Assembly: GCA_963696165.1 (NCBI GenBank)
Contig: CAVOIY010000004.1
Coordinates: 44,753 to 108,752 of the forward strand
DNA length: 64,000 nucleotides
Origin: an uncultured Acidobacteriota bacterium
GTDB taxonomy: Bacteria > Acidobacteriota > Vicinamibacteria > Vicinamibacterales > CAVVIG01
Direction of reading: 5' to 3'
In this document: one piece after another, positions 18,222-30,962 of the stretch
Layout of the letters: each line of letters opens with the position of its first letter
Position numbering within the stretch: the stretch's first letter is position 1
Position numbers and translations under genes: made by a program
The notes under the pieces: generated by a model
What the model was told of the DNA's origin: nothing
The model's input: the letters and a program-made list of their open reading frames with translations, nothing else
Databases searched by the model: none

Positions 18222-18817
18222 GCAGGCTCCGGCGGTTTCTCGCTCCGGCCGTTCTGCAGTGCGACTTTGATCATGCACGTCGGCTCGCCGGTCGCGCGGC
18301 ATGTGACGACCTGCGCTCGCGCGCTGAGATTGAACGTCTCCATCAGGCGCCTCGCCGCCGATGCGTAGAATCCACAGAGCGGATACGACACCGGCTCCCG
18401 GACCGTACAGAAAATCGATGCACGAACTTCGAGATTCGCTGTGCCGCGGCGCAGCCGCGCGATCGCTCGATTCCCCTGGTAGCTGTTGCGCACGAGCTGA
18501 CGCGTCAGCCGCAAAATGAGCCGCCTGCGGATCCATGCAGGCGTGGCCTTTATAATCGCGCGTCCCGACGGCGCCATCGACTCGACGGTCCAATCCGCCG
18601 CGTACTCGCCGGCGCGCTCGGCGATGATCTGATAGGCATCGCCCTCCTGCCGCAGAAAACTCAGCACCGCGTAGAGAGGCGCCAGGCCGATCGTGCCCTC
18701 GCGAAGGCCTTCGGCGTTCAGCCAATTTTCATAAAAGCCGAGGCGGTTCGGCAGGATGTCGGCAATCCCCTGATGAAGGCTGGCGACGAGCACGCGACCG
18801 ATTCCGGCTTCGCGCAT
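18218..18817 (-). CDS. V4R (4-vinyl-reductase-like) domain protein
   Basis: ATG 18817 (MREAGIGRVLV..). The C-terminal Cys pattern ..IFCTVREPVSYPLCGFYASAARRL...VVTCRATGEPTCMIKV matches the V4R motif as I recall it. Its TGA overlaps the GTG of the TPR gene (GTGA). Confidence 0.65.
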   Translation of the reverse strand: MREAGIGRVLVASLHQGIADILPNRLGFYENWLNAEGLREGTIGLAPLYAVLSFLRQEGDAYQIIAERAGEYAADWTVESMAPSGRAIIKATPAWIRRRLILRLTRQLVRNSYQGNRAIARLRRGTANLEVRASIFCTVREPVSYPLCGFYASAARRLMETFNLSARAQVVTCRATGEPTCMIKVALQNGRSEKPPEPA

Positions 18818-18823
18818 AGCTAT

Positions 18824-18872
18824 GCTGGCAGCTCGTGGCGTGTGGCTGGTGGCTGGCAGCTGGTGACTGGTA
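18824..18872 (-). repeat. GCTGGTG/CCACCAG-family heptamer array (copy B1) in the V4R/mobA divergent spacer
   Basis: Plus strand: GCTGGCA GCTCGTG GCGTGTG GCTGGTG GCTGGCA GCTGGTG ACTGGTA (7 x 7 nt). Shares CTCGTGGC[G/T]TGTGGCTGGTGGC[T/C]GG with 46632-46656. Confidence 0.85.
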
Positions 18873-18885
18873 AGATCGACGCGCC

Positions 18886-19479
18886 ATGTGGAGCGCGGCA
18901 ATTCTGGCGGGTGGCAAGGCGACGAGGCTGCACGGCCGCGACAAGAGCGCGCTCGTGCTCGGCGGCGAGTCCATTCTCACGCGTCAGCTGCGCGAGCTTG
19001 CGCAAGTCACCGGCGACATCATGATCGTCGGCGGCAATCCGCCGCGCGACAGAATTGGCACGGCGCGCCTCGTCAGCGATCGCATTCCCGAGTCGGGCCC
19101 GCTCGGCGGCCTGCACGCGGCGCTCGCGGAGGCGCTCGGCAGCGCGCTGGTCGTTGTCGCGTGCGACATGCCGAACATCTGCGCGCCGTTTCTCAGCCAT
19201 CTGCTCACGCTCACATGCGAAGGCGACATCGTCGTGCCGAAGACGGCGCGCGGGTATCATCCGTTGTGCGCGGCGTACGCGCGCGCGTGCCTCGGGCCGG
19301 TGTCGCGGCGCCTCGCCGACAATCGCTTGAAGATGACAGGGCTCTTCGACGATATGCGCGTGCGGATTGTCGGGACGGAGGAAATCGGAGCATTCGGCGA
19401 TCCGGACCAACTGCTCGCCAACGTCAATACGCCGGACGAGTATCTGGAGCTCGAGTCGCTTCACGGTCACAAACTGTAA
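18886..19479 (+). CDS. mobA: molybdenum cofactor guanylyltransferase
   Basis: Intact 197 aa. N-terminal AAILAGGKATRLHGRDKSAL nucleotide-binding motif, and ..GPLGGLHAAL...VVACDMP... Confidence 0.85.
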   Translation: MWSAAILAGGKATRLHGRDKSALVLGGESILTRQLRELAQVTGDIMIVGGNPPRDRIGTARLVSDRIPESGPLGGLHAALAEALGSALVVVACDMPNICAPFLSHLLTLTCEGDIVVPKTARGYHPLCAAYARACLGPVSRRLADNRLKMTGLFDDMRVRIVGTEEIGAFGDPDQLLANVNTPDEYLELESLHGHKL

Positions 19480-19567
19480 TCTATCACGAGCTTACCGGCA
19501 GGTCTGGACCTCGCGGCGCACGTGCGGCGTCGCCCGGCCGTCCACCGATCGGTCTGACAATGCGTCC

Positions 19568-21586
<2,019 letters not shown>

Positions 21587-21604
21587 CGGCGATCTGCGTG
21601 ACAC

Positions 21605-22315
21605 ATGCCGCTGATCGCGCATCGCGCGAGCCTGCCGCAAGACTCGAGGACTACACGCAGTGCGCGTCGCTCGCACGGTGCGGCGGCGAGGTGCGCGTCG
21701 TCGACGCGTCGATGCGTCCCGAGCGACGCGCTCGCCGGCGTCGACGGCCTGCTGCTCACCGGCGGCGACGACGTCGGCGCCGTCGCGCTACGGCGAGGAC
21801 GCGCACCCGACGATCGTCGAGGCCGAACCGGGCCGCGATGCATTCGAGATCGCGCTGATCGCGCGCGGCGCGCGAGCGGCAGGCCTGCCGATCCTCGCGA
21901 TCTGCCGCGGCATGCAGGTGCTGAACGTGGCGTGCGGCGGCACGCTGGTGCAGGACATCCCATCGCAGGTGCCCGGCGCACTGCCCCACAGCCTCACGGT
22001 GCCGCCGAATCAGTCGTACGACGCTCGCGCACGAAGTCTGGATCGACAAGGACACGCTGCTCGCGGCGCTGCTGGGCGACCGCATGAGCGACCGCGACAC
22101 GTGCGAGGTGAACAGCCGCCATCATCAGGCGGTGAAAGCAGGTCGCGACGGGCTTTCGCGTCTCCGCCACCGCGCCCGACGGCGTCATCGAAGCGATCGA
22201 AGATCCGGCAGCTCGCTTCTGCGTCGGCGTCCAGTGGCATCCGGAAAACTTCTGGCGCACCGGCGAGTTCCGCTCGCTGTTCGAAGGATTCGTCGAAGCC
22301 GCTACCCGCGGCTGA
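21605..22315 (+). CDS. class-I glutamine amidotransferase, peptidase C26 / gamma-glutamyl hydrolase (PuuD-like); several frame breaks
   Basis: ..[13 protein letters not shown].., nucleophile ..[24 protein letters not shown].., ..SRHHQAV.. and ..[10 protein letters not shown].. are spread over three frames. TGA at 22313-22315. Confidence 0.8.
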
Positions 22316-23580
22316 ACGTCACAACCGTTTCGACGTGCGGCGTGTTCGGAAACAGATCGAATCCGCTGACGCCTGTCGACGCCGTAGCCCGCATCGACGA
22401 GTGCCCGCGCATCGCGCGCGAGCGTCGCGACGTCGCACGAGACGTAGACAATCCGCGGCGCGCGAAGGCGGATGACGCCCGCCAGCGCCTCTTTCGACAT
22501 GCCGGTGCGCGGCGGATCGACGATGACGACCGGCGTCGAGCGGATCGGCGCCGCGGGTCTCCGAATACATGGCATTCAAGAACTGTTCGACCGGCTGATG
22601 CACCGGCGTCATTCTCGATCTCGTCGCGGCGTTCGCCACCAGATCGGCGGCCGCTACGCGATCGCCTTCGACCGCGACCACGCGCACTCGCCGGGTCTCG
22701 GCCGCCGCGACCGAGAACAGACCGCCGCCGGCGTAGAGATCGATCGCATGCCGCCGGTCGCGATTTCACTCACGACGTGCCCTGCGAGCTGCGACAGCAG
22801 AAACCGATTGCCCTGGAAGAACGCGAGCACGTGCCGGCGCAGCGTGCACCTTCGGCGCGTTGCCAATTTCGATCGTGTCGATCACATGCGCATCGCCGAT
22901 GGCTCTGCCGGCCGCGACAACACCGGTGACGCCCTCGACCGCCGCGATGCGCTCGAAGGCGTGCGGCGGCAATCGGCGCCACTGAGTCGATCGCGAGCAC
23001 TCGCGCTGAGGCATCGCTGTTTTCGGCAAGCTCGATTTCACGGATCGCTTCGAGACCGAGCGATCGAATCACGCCCGCCGACGCGCTCGACCACGTCGCA
23101 GGTCGCCGGCAGCAGCTGACGCGTCTGCCGCGGCGTCGCACAGGTCGTGCGTGCCCTCGCGAAAGAATCCGAGCTGCCGCCGCGCACGTGCAGCCGCGCG
23201 CGCATGCGGTACCCCGCTTCCGGCGACGGGACGATCTGCGGCGGCGCGGGCAGCGCGATCCGGCCGATCCGCGCGAACGCGTCGGCGATCACTGCCGCCT
23301 TGATGTCGAGCTGCCGCGCGTAGGCGATGTGCGCGTACAGGCAGCCGCCGCACTGCGACGTCACCATCCCACGCCCGCCGATCGGGCGACGGCTCGTCGA
23401 CCGAGATCGTCTCGGCGTACACCACGCCTTGCGCGTCGAACGTTCGACGCACGCTCGCACCCGTTCGCCGGGAATCGCACCGCCGACGAGAATCACCTGA
23501 CCGTCGTGCCGCGCGATCATGCGGCCGCCAGCCGCCGGCTTCTCGATCGTCAGCGTGAGGGACTGGCCGGGGGAGAGCAT
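22302..23580 (-). CDS. rlmD: TRAM-domain 23S rRNA (uracil-5)-methyltransferase, RlmD/RumA family; several frame breaks
   Basis: N-terminal TRAM-like [41 protein letters not shown].. SAM-MTase motifs ..YAGGGLFS.. and ..[25 protein letters not shown].., then a C-terminal ..[19 protein letters not shown]. The pieces lie in different frames. Confidence 0.75.
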
Positions 23581-23606
23581 TGGGATCTGGATCAGCGATC
23601 TAAGGA

Positions 23607-24326
23607 TCTTACGGCATCAATTGAACGTGATGATGGGCAGGCCCAGGCGGTCGCGGACGAGGCGATCGAGCGCCGCCTCTCGCGCGCGGGCGAACGCGTC
23701 GGGCATCATCGTGTCGCGAAACGGCGCCAGCTCCTCGTTCGCTTCTCGCCTGAGGTCGGCCATCACGCACGTCAGCGAACAATCGGCGCGCAGCCTCCAT
23801 GAGCTCGGCGTCGAGCACGGCCAGACGTTCGATCACCGCCCGTCGCGCGTCGCCGCGCACACCCGCGCGCGCGACATCGAGTTCGCGCGCAACCCGGTCG
23901 AGCAGATCGTCGAAGGCCGCCGGCAGCAGTCCGCTCGCACGCGCCTGCGTCAGACGCATCACGACACGCTCGAGGTGCGCGGGCAACGACTGACGACTGT
24001 GCGACTGCCGACTGAAGACTGTCGACTGCCGACTGACGACCGGCGACTGACGACTGCGGCAGTCCCGTCGCCCTTCGCCACTCGTCGAACACGTCGAGCA
24101 CGTCGGCCTCGCAGAAATCGATCTTCACGGGCCGGCGGCGCGGTCCCTTGCGGTAGTAGCGCTCGAAGTACCGATCGATGCCGCGGAACGCGACCTTCAG
24201 CGGAACGCCGTCGGCCGCCCATCGCGACACGAGCTCGAACGAGGGACCGACGACGCGGATCAGATGGCCGTCGTTCTTCTGGCACAGGTACGCTTCGATC
24301 TCGCGGCAGAACTCTGAAGTCTCCAC
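23607..24326 (-). CDS. hypothetical two-domain protein whose inter-domain linker is a heptamer-repeat array
   Basis: GTG 24326 VETSEFCREIEAYLCQKNDGHLIRVVGPSFELVSRWAADGVPLKVAFRGIDRYFERYY..DEWRRATGLP. A linker follows, QSSVAGRQSAVDSLQSAVAQSSV. A helical C-domain LPAHLERVVMRLTQARASGLLPAAFDDLL.. sits in another frame, and the last part ..DRLVRDRLGLPIITFN* sits in a third. No family recognised. Confidence 0.55.
23987..24064 (-). repeat. CGACTGA/TCAGTCG-family heptamer array (copy C1) inside a CDS
   Basis: 78 nt made of 11 units. Plus strand: CGACTGA CGACTGTG CGACTGC CGACTGAA GACTGT CGACTGC CGACTGA CGACCGG CGACTGA CGACTGC GGCAGTC. Confidence 0.85.
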
Positions 24327-24341
24327 TGTCTGGCTGCGGGT

Positions 24342-25125
24342 TCAAGAACGGTTCCGTTCCCACACGATTCTGCAGGCCGTGCAGCGTCAGATCGGGATCG
24401 ACGTGCTGGATGAGCGTGGTCTCAGGCGCGATGATCGTCGGCGAGACCGCCGGTCGCGACGCAGAGCGCATTGCCGCCGAGCTCGTCGCCCATCCGGCGG
24501 ACGAGCCCTTCGACCATGCCGACGTAGCCGTAGAACAAGCCCGGACTCCATCGCGCCGACCGTCGTGCGGCCCGACGACGCTGCGGCGGCTTGCGCACGT
24601 CGATGCGCGGCAGCCGCGCTGCTCGCTGAAAGAGCGCGTCGGCCGAAATCTGCACACCTGGACAGATCGCGCCGCCCAGATATTCGCCCTGCGCGGTCAC
24701 CGCATCGAACGTCGTCGCCGTGCCGAAGTCGAGCACGATGAGCGGCCGGCTCTTGCCGCGGCCGAATTTCTCGAACGCGGCGATGGCGTTGACGATGCGA
24801 TCGGCGCCGACTTCCGCCGGGTTGTCGTACAGAATCGGCATGCCGGTGTCGACGCCGGCTCGACGATCAGCGCCGTCAGCGCGAAGTATCGCTCCGCCAT
24901 CGCACGAATCGTCGTCGTGAGCGGCGGCACGACCGAGCCGAGGATGATCGCCGAAATCCTGCGCCGGTCGATCCGGTCGTGCGCGAAGAGCCCGTCGATG
25001 AGCACGCCGAGCTCGTCGGCCGTGCGCTCGCGCAGCGTCGCCAGACGCCAGCTGTGGACGAGCGTGGCGCCGTCGAACACGCCGAGGACGATGTTCGTGT
25101 TGCCGACGTCGATGGCTAGAAGCAT
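24342..25125 (-). CDS. coaX: type III pantothenate kinase; at least 3 frame breaks; N-terminus in frame with birA
   Basis: MLLAIDVGNTNIVLGVF.. from ATG 25125. ..LIVLDFGTATTFDAV..GEYLGGAICPG.. is in ORF 24422..24841. The C-terminal ..DPDLTL.GLRIVWERNRS* is in a third frame, with TGA at 24342-24344. Confidence 0.85.
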
Positions 25126-25949
25126 CGAGTGATCATCGACCAGCGTCAGTTCGCCCGCGACGATGCCGTTCGATCCGATCTGCCGACGTCGCACGAGCAG
25201 CGCGCCCTGATCGTCGATGCCCGCGGTCGCGCCGGACAACTCGCCGCCCGGCGTCGTCCACGAAACGTCGCGCACCGCGATGGCCGGGCGAACGCGGCTG
25301 CGCCACGCGTCGAGAATAGCATCGATGCCTCCGTCGCAGCAGTTCGCCGTACCGCCGCGCGAGCGCAGCGAGCGTCTCGGCGAACACCGCGGCGCGATCG
25401 ACCGCGCGCCCGAGCTCGGTTTCGAGCGACGTCGCGCGATCGGCGAGCTCCGGCGGATACGCCATCGGCCCGACGTTGATGCCGTAGCCGAGCGTCACCG
25501 CCGGCATGTCGCGCCTTCCGCCAGAATGCCCGCCAGCTTGCGCCGCTCCACGTAACAGATCGTTCGGCCACTTGAGATCCGCGCGCAAGCCCGGTGGCCG
25601 CTTCGATCGCCTTCGACGAGCGCGACGCCGGCCGCGAGCGTCAGCAGCGCGGTTGCGCGATCGGGTTCGACGCGCGCCGAGCGCGGCATCAGCACGACCG
25701 ACACATACAGACCGCTTCCCGGCGGCGAGAACCACGTGCGGCCACGTCGTCCGCGGCCGGCGGTCTGCTCGTCGGCAACGACCACGGCGCCCTTCGCGTG
25801 CCGATCGCGGCCGCGTCGTCGTTGGTCGATCCGGTCGTGGCGAAGAAATCGCAGCGGCGCGCCCAGCGGTCCAAGCCGCGGCCGGACGCGTGCGATCGCC
25901 TCCGCGAAATCCTGCGGCAGCGAATCGGGCAGGCTCGGGCCGGCGTGGG
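25126..25949 (-). CDS. birA: biotin--[acetyl-CoA-carboxylase] ligase (no N-terminal HTH); start unresolved, at least 4 frame breaks
   Basis: ..FFATTGSTNDDAA.., ..VVADEQTAGRGRRGRTWFSPPGSGLYVSVVL.., ..LKWPNDLL...RKLAGILAE.. and the C-terminal ..ATAGIDDQGALLVRRRQIGSNGIVAGELTL lie in different frames. There is no stop before the coaX ATG. Confidence 0.8.
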
Positions 25950-26800
<851 letters not shown>

Positions 26801-26804
<4 letters not shown>

Positions 26805-29469
26805 GCAGGTGCGGCGTCTCGTAGCCGGCCACGCTGATCGTCGCGCGGCTCGCCGACGATGACGTCGAACGCCTGCACGCGAAGCGCCGATTTCAGATCG
26901 GCTTCGACGATCGGCATCAGCGCGCACCTGATCGGCTGCGCCGCTGCACCGTCACCGTGCGTGATCGGCACCTTCAGCGGCTGCTTGGCCTCCGAGCGCT
27001 GCTTGCGAACTTCGAACAGCACCTCGGTCGCCCACTGCGTACGCGCTGCTCGTCGCGACATGCGCGCCGCGTCGCTGATCGTCGGCGAGCAGCGACTCGA
27101 TCTCGTCGCGTCTCGGCCACGCGCGCCTGATGGATCGAGCCGTCCTGCCACCACGACCACACTTCTTCGGTCACAAACGGCAGGAACGGCGCGAGCAGCC
27201 GCAGCAGCACCGACAGCGCCGCGGCGAGCGCGGAGTTTGCCGACGCCGGCGCCCGCGGCGCCCTGATCGCCGTAGCGGCGTCCTTTCACGAGCTCGAGGT
27301 AGTCGTCGCAGAAGCGCCAGAAGAACGTCTCGGTCCGCTGCAGCGACGCGCGCGTAGTCGTACGCCTCGAACGCGTCGGTCGCTTCGTCGACGAGCGCGC
27401 CGAGGTTTCTGCAGCATCGCGCGGTCGACCGGCGCCGTGATCGCGCCCTGCGGCTCGGCGGCGCCGAGCGCGAACCGCGACGCGTTCAGCACCTTGATCG
27501 CCAGCCGCCGGCCGACGCGCATCTGATTGGTGTCGAAGGCCGTGTCGGTGCCCGGCCGTCCGCTCGCGGCCCAGTAGCGCACGCCGTCGGACCCGTGCTC
27601 TTCGAGCAGCGCCGATCGGCGTCACGACGTTGCCCTTGGACTTCGACATCTTCTTGCGATCGGGATCGAGCACCCAGCCCGAGATCGCGGCGTGCGTCCA
27701 CGGCAGCGAGTCGTGCTCGAGATGCGAGCGCAGCACCGAGTCGAACAGCCACGTGCGAATGATGTCGTGCGCCTGCGGACGCAGGTCCATCGGGAAACGT
27801 CCGCGCGAACAGATCGGGGTCGTCCGGCCAGCCGCAGACGATCTGCGGCGTCAGCGACGAGGTCGCCCACGTGTCCATCACGTCCGGATCGCCGACAAAG
27901 CCGCCGGGCTGCGCCGCGCTGATCCGCGCGGTAACCGGGCGGCACGTCGGTCGACGGATCGATCGGCAGCGCGTCCTCGGGCGGCGCGATCGGCTGGTCG
28001 TGTTCGACGCGTCCCAGTCGCTCGATCGGATACCACACCGGAAACGGCACGCCGAAGAACCGCTGCCGGCTGACGCACCAGTCGCCGTTCAGGCCGTTGG
28101 TCCAGTTCTCGAACCGCGCCTGCATGTACGGCGGATGCCACTGCAGCTCGCGCCCGCGCGCGAGCAGCGCCTCGCGGAACTCGATCGTCTTGATGAACCA
28201 CTGCCGGCTGGTGACGATCTCGAGCGGCCGATCGCCCTTCTCGTAGAACTTCACCGCGTGGGTGATCGGCCGCGGCTCGCCGACGAGATCGCCCGACTCC
28301 TTCAGCTGCTCGACGATCTTCGTGCGCGCCTTGGACGCCGACAGCCGCGCGAGCTCGTCGTAGTGGCGCTGCGCGCGCGCCGGCGTCGGCTGATTCCCAC
28401 CCGGGCGCGCCCCACGCGCAGCTCGCCGAGCGTGCCGTCGGCCTGGATGATGGCGCGCACCGGCAGATTCAGCTCGCGCCACCAGGTGACGTCGGTGATG
28501 TCGCCGAAGGTGCAGATCATCGCGATGCCGCTGCCCTTCTCGGGATCGGCGAGCGGATGCGCCTTCACCGGCACGCGGACGCCGAACAGCGGCGTCACGA
28601 CATGGTGATCGAACAGCGGCTGATAGCGCTCATCGTCGGGATGCGCGACGAGCGCGACGCAGGCAGGAATCAGCTCCGGGCGGGTCGTTTCGATTTCCAC
28701 GGCTCGGCCGATGATCCGCTCGCCGAGCCGGCTCCATGTCCGCATCGTCTGCCGCGAACGCGAACTTGATGCGGTGATACGCGCCCGGCATTTCGCGATC
28801 CTCGAGCTCGGCCTGCGCGACGGCGGTCTTGAAATCGACGTCCCACAGCGTCGGCGCCTCGACCTGGTAGGCGAGGCCCCGCTTCAGCAGGCGCAGGAAG
28901 GCCAGCTGCGACACCGCTGCGCGCGTCTGGCAGATCGTCGCGTAGGTCATCGACCAGTCGACCGACAGGCCGAGGTGCTTCCACAGGTGCTCGAACGCCT
29001 TTTCGTCTTCGGCCGTCAGCCGATTGCACAGCTCGATGAAGTTCGGGCGCGACACCGAAATCGGCTGCTTGGCGGGCGTCGCTGGCGGCTGAAACGCCGC
29101 GATCGTACGGCAGCGACGGATCGCAGCGAACGCCGTAGTAGTTCTGCACGCGGCGTTCGGTCGGCAGTCCGTTGTCGTCCCATCCCATCGGATAGAACAC
29201 GGCCTTGCCGCGCATCCGCTGAAAGCGGGCGATGAGGTCGGTGTGCGTGTACGAGAACACGTGGCCGACGTGCAGCGATCCGCTGACGGTCGGCGGCGGC
29301 GTGTCGATCGAGAACACGTCCTGCCGCGGCCGGCGTCCGGTCGAACCGGTAGCACGCCGGATTGCTCCCAGCGCGGCATCCATTTCGCTTCGAGCCCTTC
29401 GAGCGCAGGTTTTTCAGGCAGGCAAGCGCGCGGGATCAGCGCAGCGAGTCGACGTCGACGAGCGGACAT
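26801..29469 (-). CDS. valS: valine--tRNA ligase; about eight frame breaks by eye
   Basis: HIGH region ..[49 protein letters not shown].. (ORF 28670..29383), KMSKS ..[17 protein letters not shown].. (ORF 26801..27790) and ..[17 protein letters not shown].. (ORF 27622..28482). Confidence 0.9.
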
Positions 29470-29479
29470 CCGACCGATC

Positions 29480-30456
29480 TTACTTGATGGAGCTTTTCAG
29501 CCGCTCGATCTCTTCGCGGACGAGACGCTCCGCGATCGTCGACTACGAGCTCGGTGACCGTTTCGCGCACGACGCGATCGGAAAGCTGATCGAGCACGCG
29601 TCTGGCGACACTTGTCCACGAGTTCGTCGCCGATGATCGGCGCTGGCGGCGGCGATGCGGGCCAATGTGGCGCGTCCGGCCGGCACCGGCGCGCGCTGCT
29701 CGGCGGCGAGCAGCGCGGCGAAGCGCGTTCGGCGCATGCGACGGGAGACGTGCTCGCGGCTCGGCGCGGTGTCGTCGAGGTTCGCGGCTGCTGGCGGCTC
29801 GCTGGTGCGATGCCACGTCGAATGCTGGTTGCGGCGACGCATCGGAGCGCGGCCGATCGCGGCGGCCGATCGCGGCGGCTGCGTCGCTCCGACAGCGGCG
29901 TCGCTCCGACGATGGCGGCGGCAGGCGACGGCTCTTTCTGTCGAGCGTGGCGAACGCCGCGTCGCAGCTGATCGAAATAGCGCTCGACGTCGTCGAGAAT
30001 CGGCTTCTTCTCGGCGTCGGCATCGCGACGTGCGGCGGCGCAGCCGGCGGTGGCGGCGGCGGCGCGATCGTCGCGTGAGCTGTTCCTTGCGCGAGCAGCT
30101 CCTTGCACGCGTGCCGATGACGAGCTGCGGCTCGAACGGCTTCGCCAGCACGCCGTCGCAGCCCGCGGCGGCCGCCTTCGCCTCGTCGACCGGCTCGAAG
30201 GCGCCCGTGAGCAGGACGACCGGAATGTGCGCGAGCCGCGGGTGTCTGCTTGATGTACTGCGGCGACCTCGTAGCCGTTCTTGCCCGGCATGCCGATGTC
30301 GGCAAGCACGATGTCCGGCGGCGCGGCGTCGAGCCGCGCGATCGCCTGGTCGCCGTCGCTGACGGCGACGACCTGGACGTCCTCGTCGGCGAAGGTCAGC
30401 TCGATGACGCGCTGAATCGTGACGCTGTCGTCGGCCAGTAGCAGGGTATGTGACAC
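29480..30456 (-). CDS. CheY-like response regulator with Pro/Ala-rich linker and uncharacterised C-terminal helical domain; several frame breaks
   Basis: GTG 30456 [65 protein letters not shown].., then ..[32 protein letters not shown].. in a second frame. C-terminus ..[30 protein letters not shown], with TAA at 29480-29482. Confidence 0.75.
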
Positions 30457-30486
30457 GTTCGCCTTATCGGCCGAAGGGACTGCGGT

Positions 30487-30887
30487 CTACACGCGCACGC
30501 GCGCGTTGGCGTTGATGAACTCGATGATGTCCTGCATCGGCGTCCCGGCAGAAAGATGCCCTTGACGCCGATCTCCTTCAGCTTCGGGATGTCGAGGTCG
30601 GGGATGATCCCGCCAATCACGACCAGCACATCGTCGAGCCCCTTCTCCTTCAGCAGCTTCATGAGCTGCGGCGCGATGTGGTTGTGCGCGCCGGACAGGA
30701 TCGACAAGCCGATGACGTCGGCGTCCTCCTGGAGCGCGGCCGCCGCGATCATCTCCGGCGTCTGCCGCAGGCCGGTGTAGATCACCTCCATGCCCGCATC
30801 GCGCAGCGCGCGCGCGATGACCTTCGCGCCGCGATCGTGACCGTCGAGCCCCGGCTTCGCGATCACCACTCGTAGTTTTCTAGCCAT
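30487..30887 (-). CDS. methylmalonyl-CoA mutase family, cobalamin-binding subunit; one frame break near the 3' end
   Basis: [45 protein letters not shown].. contains the DxHxxG B12-binding motif. The likely end ..[24 protein letters not shown] needs a shift near 30545. Confidence 0.85.
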
Positions 30888-30893
30888 CGATTT

Positions 30894-30962
30894 TCCTTTG
30901 GCCTTCTGCCTTCAGCTTTCGCACTTCTGCCTTCGACCTTTTGCCTTCAGCGTAGCCTTTCA
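30894..30962 (-). repeat. GCCTTCT/GAAGGCA-family heptamer array (copy D1) filling the spacer between the two mutase genes
   Basis: Plus strand: TCCTTTG GCCTTCT GCCTTCA GCTTTCG CACTTCT GCCTTCG ACCTTTT GCCTTCA GCGTAGC ... Confidence 0.8.

Noticed and set aside
23987-24064. Considered whether the short tandem arrays (also 18824, 30894, 46631 and 58925) could be CRISPR arrays.
   Set aside because: Units are 7-8 nt with no intervening unique spacers. CRISPR repeats are more than 20 nt, separated by spacers of similar length. No cas genes are present in the window.
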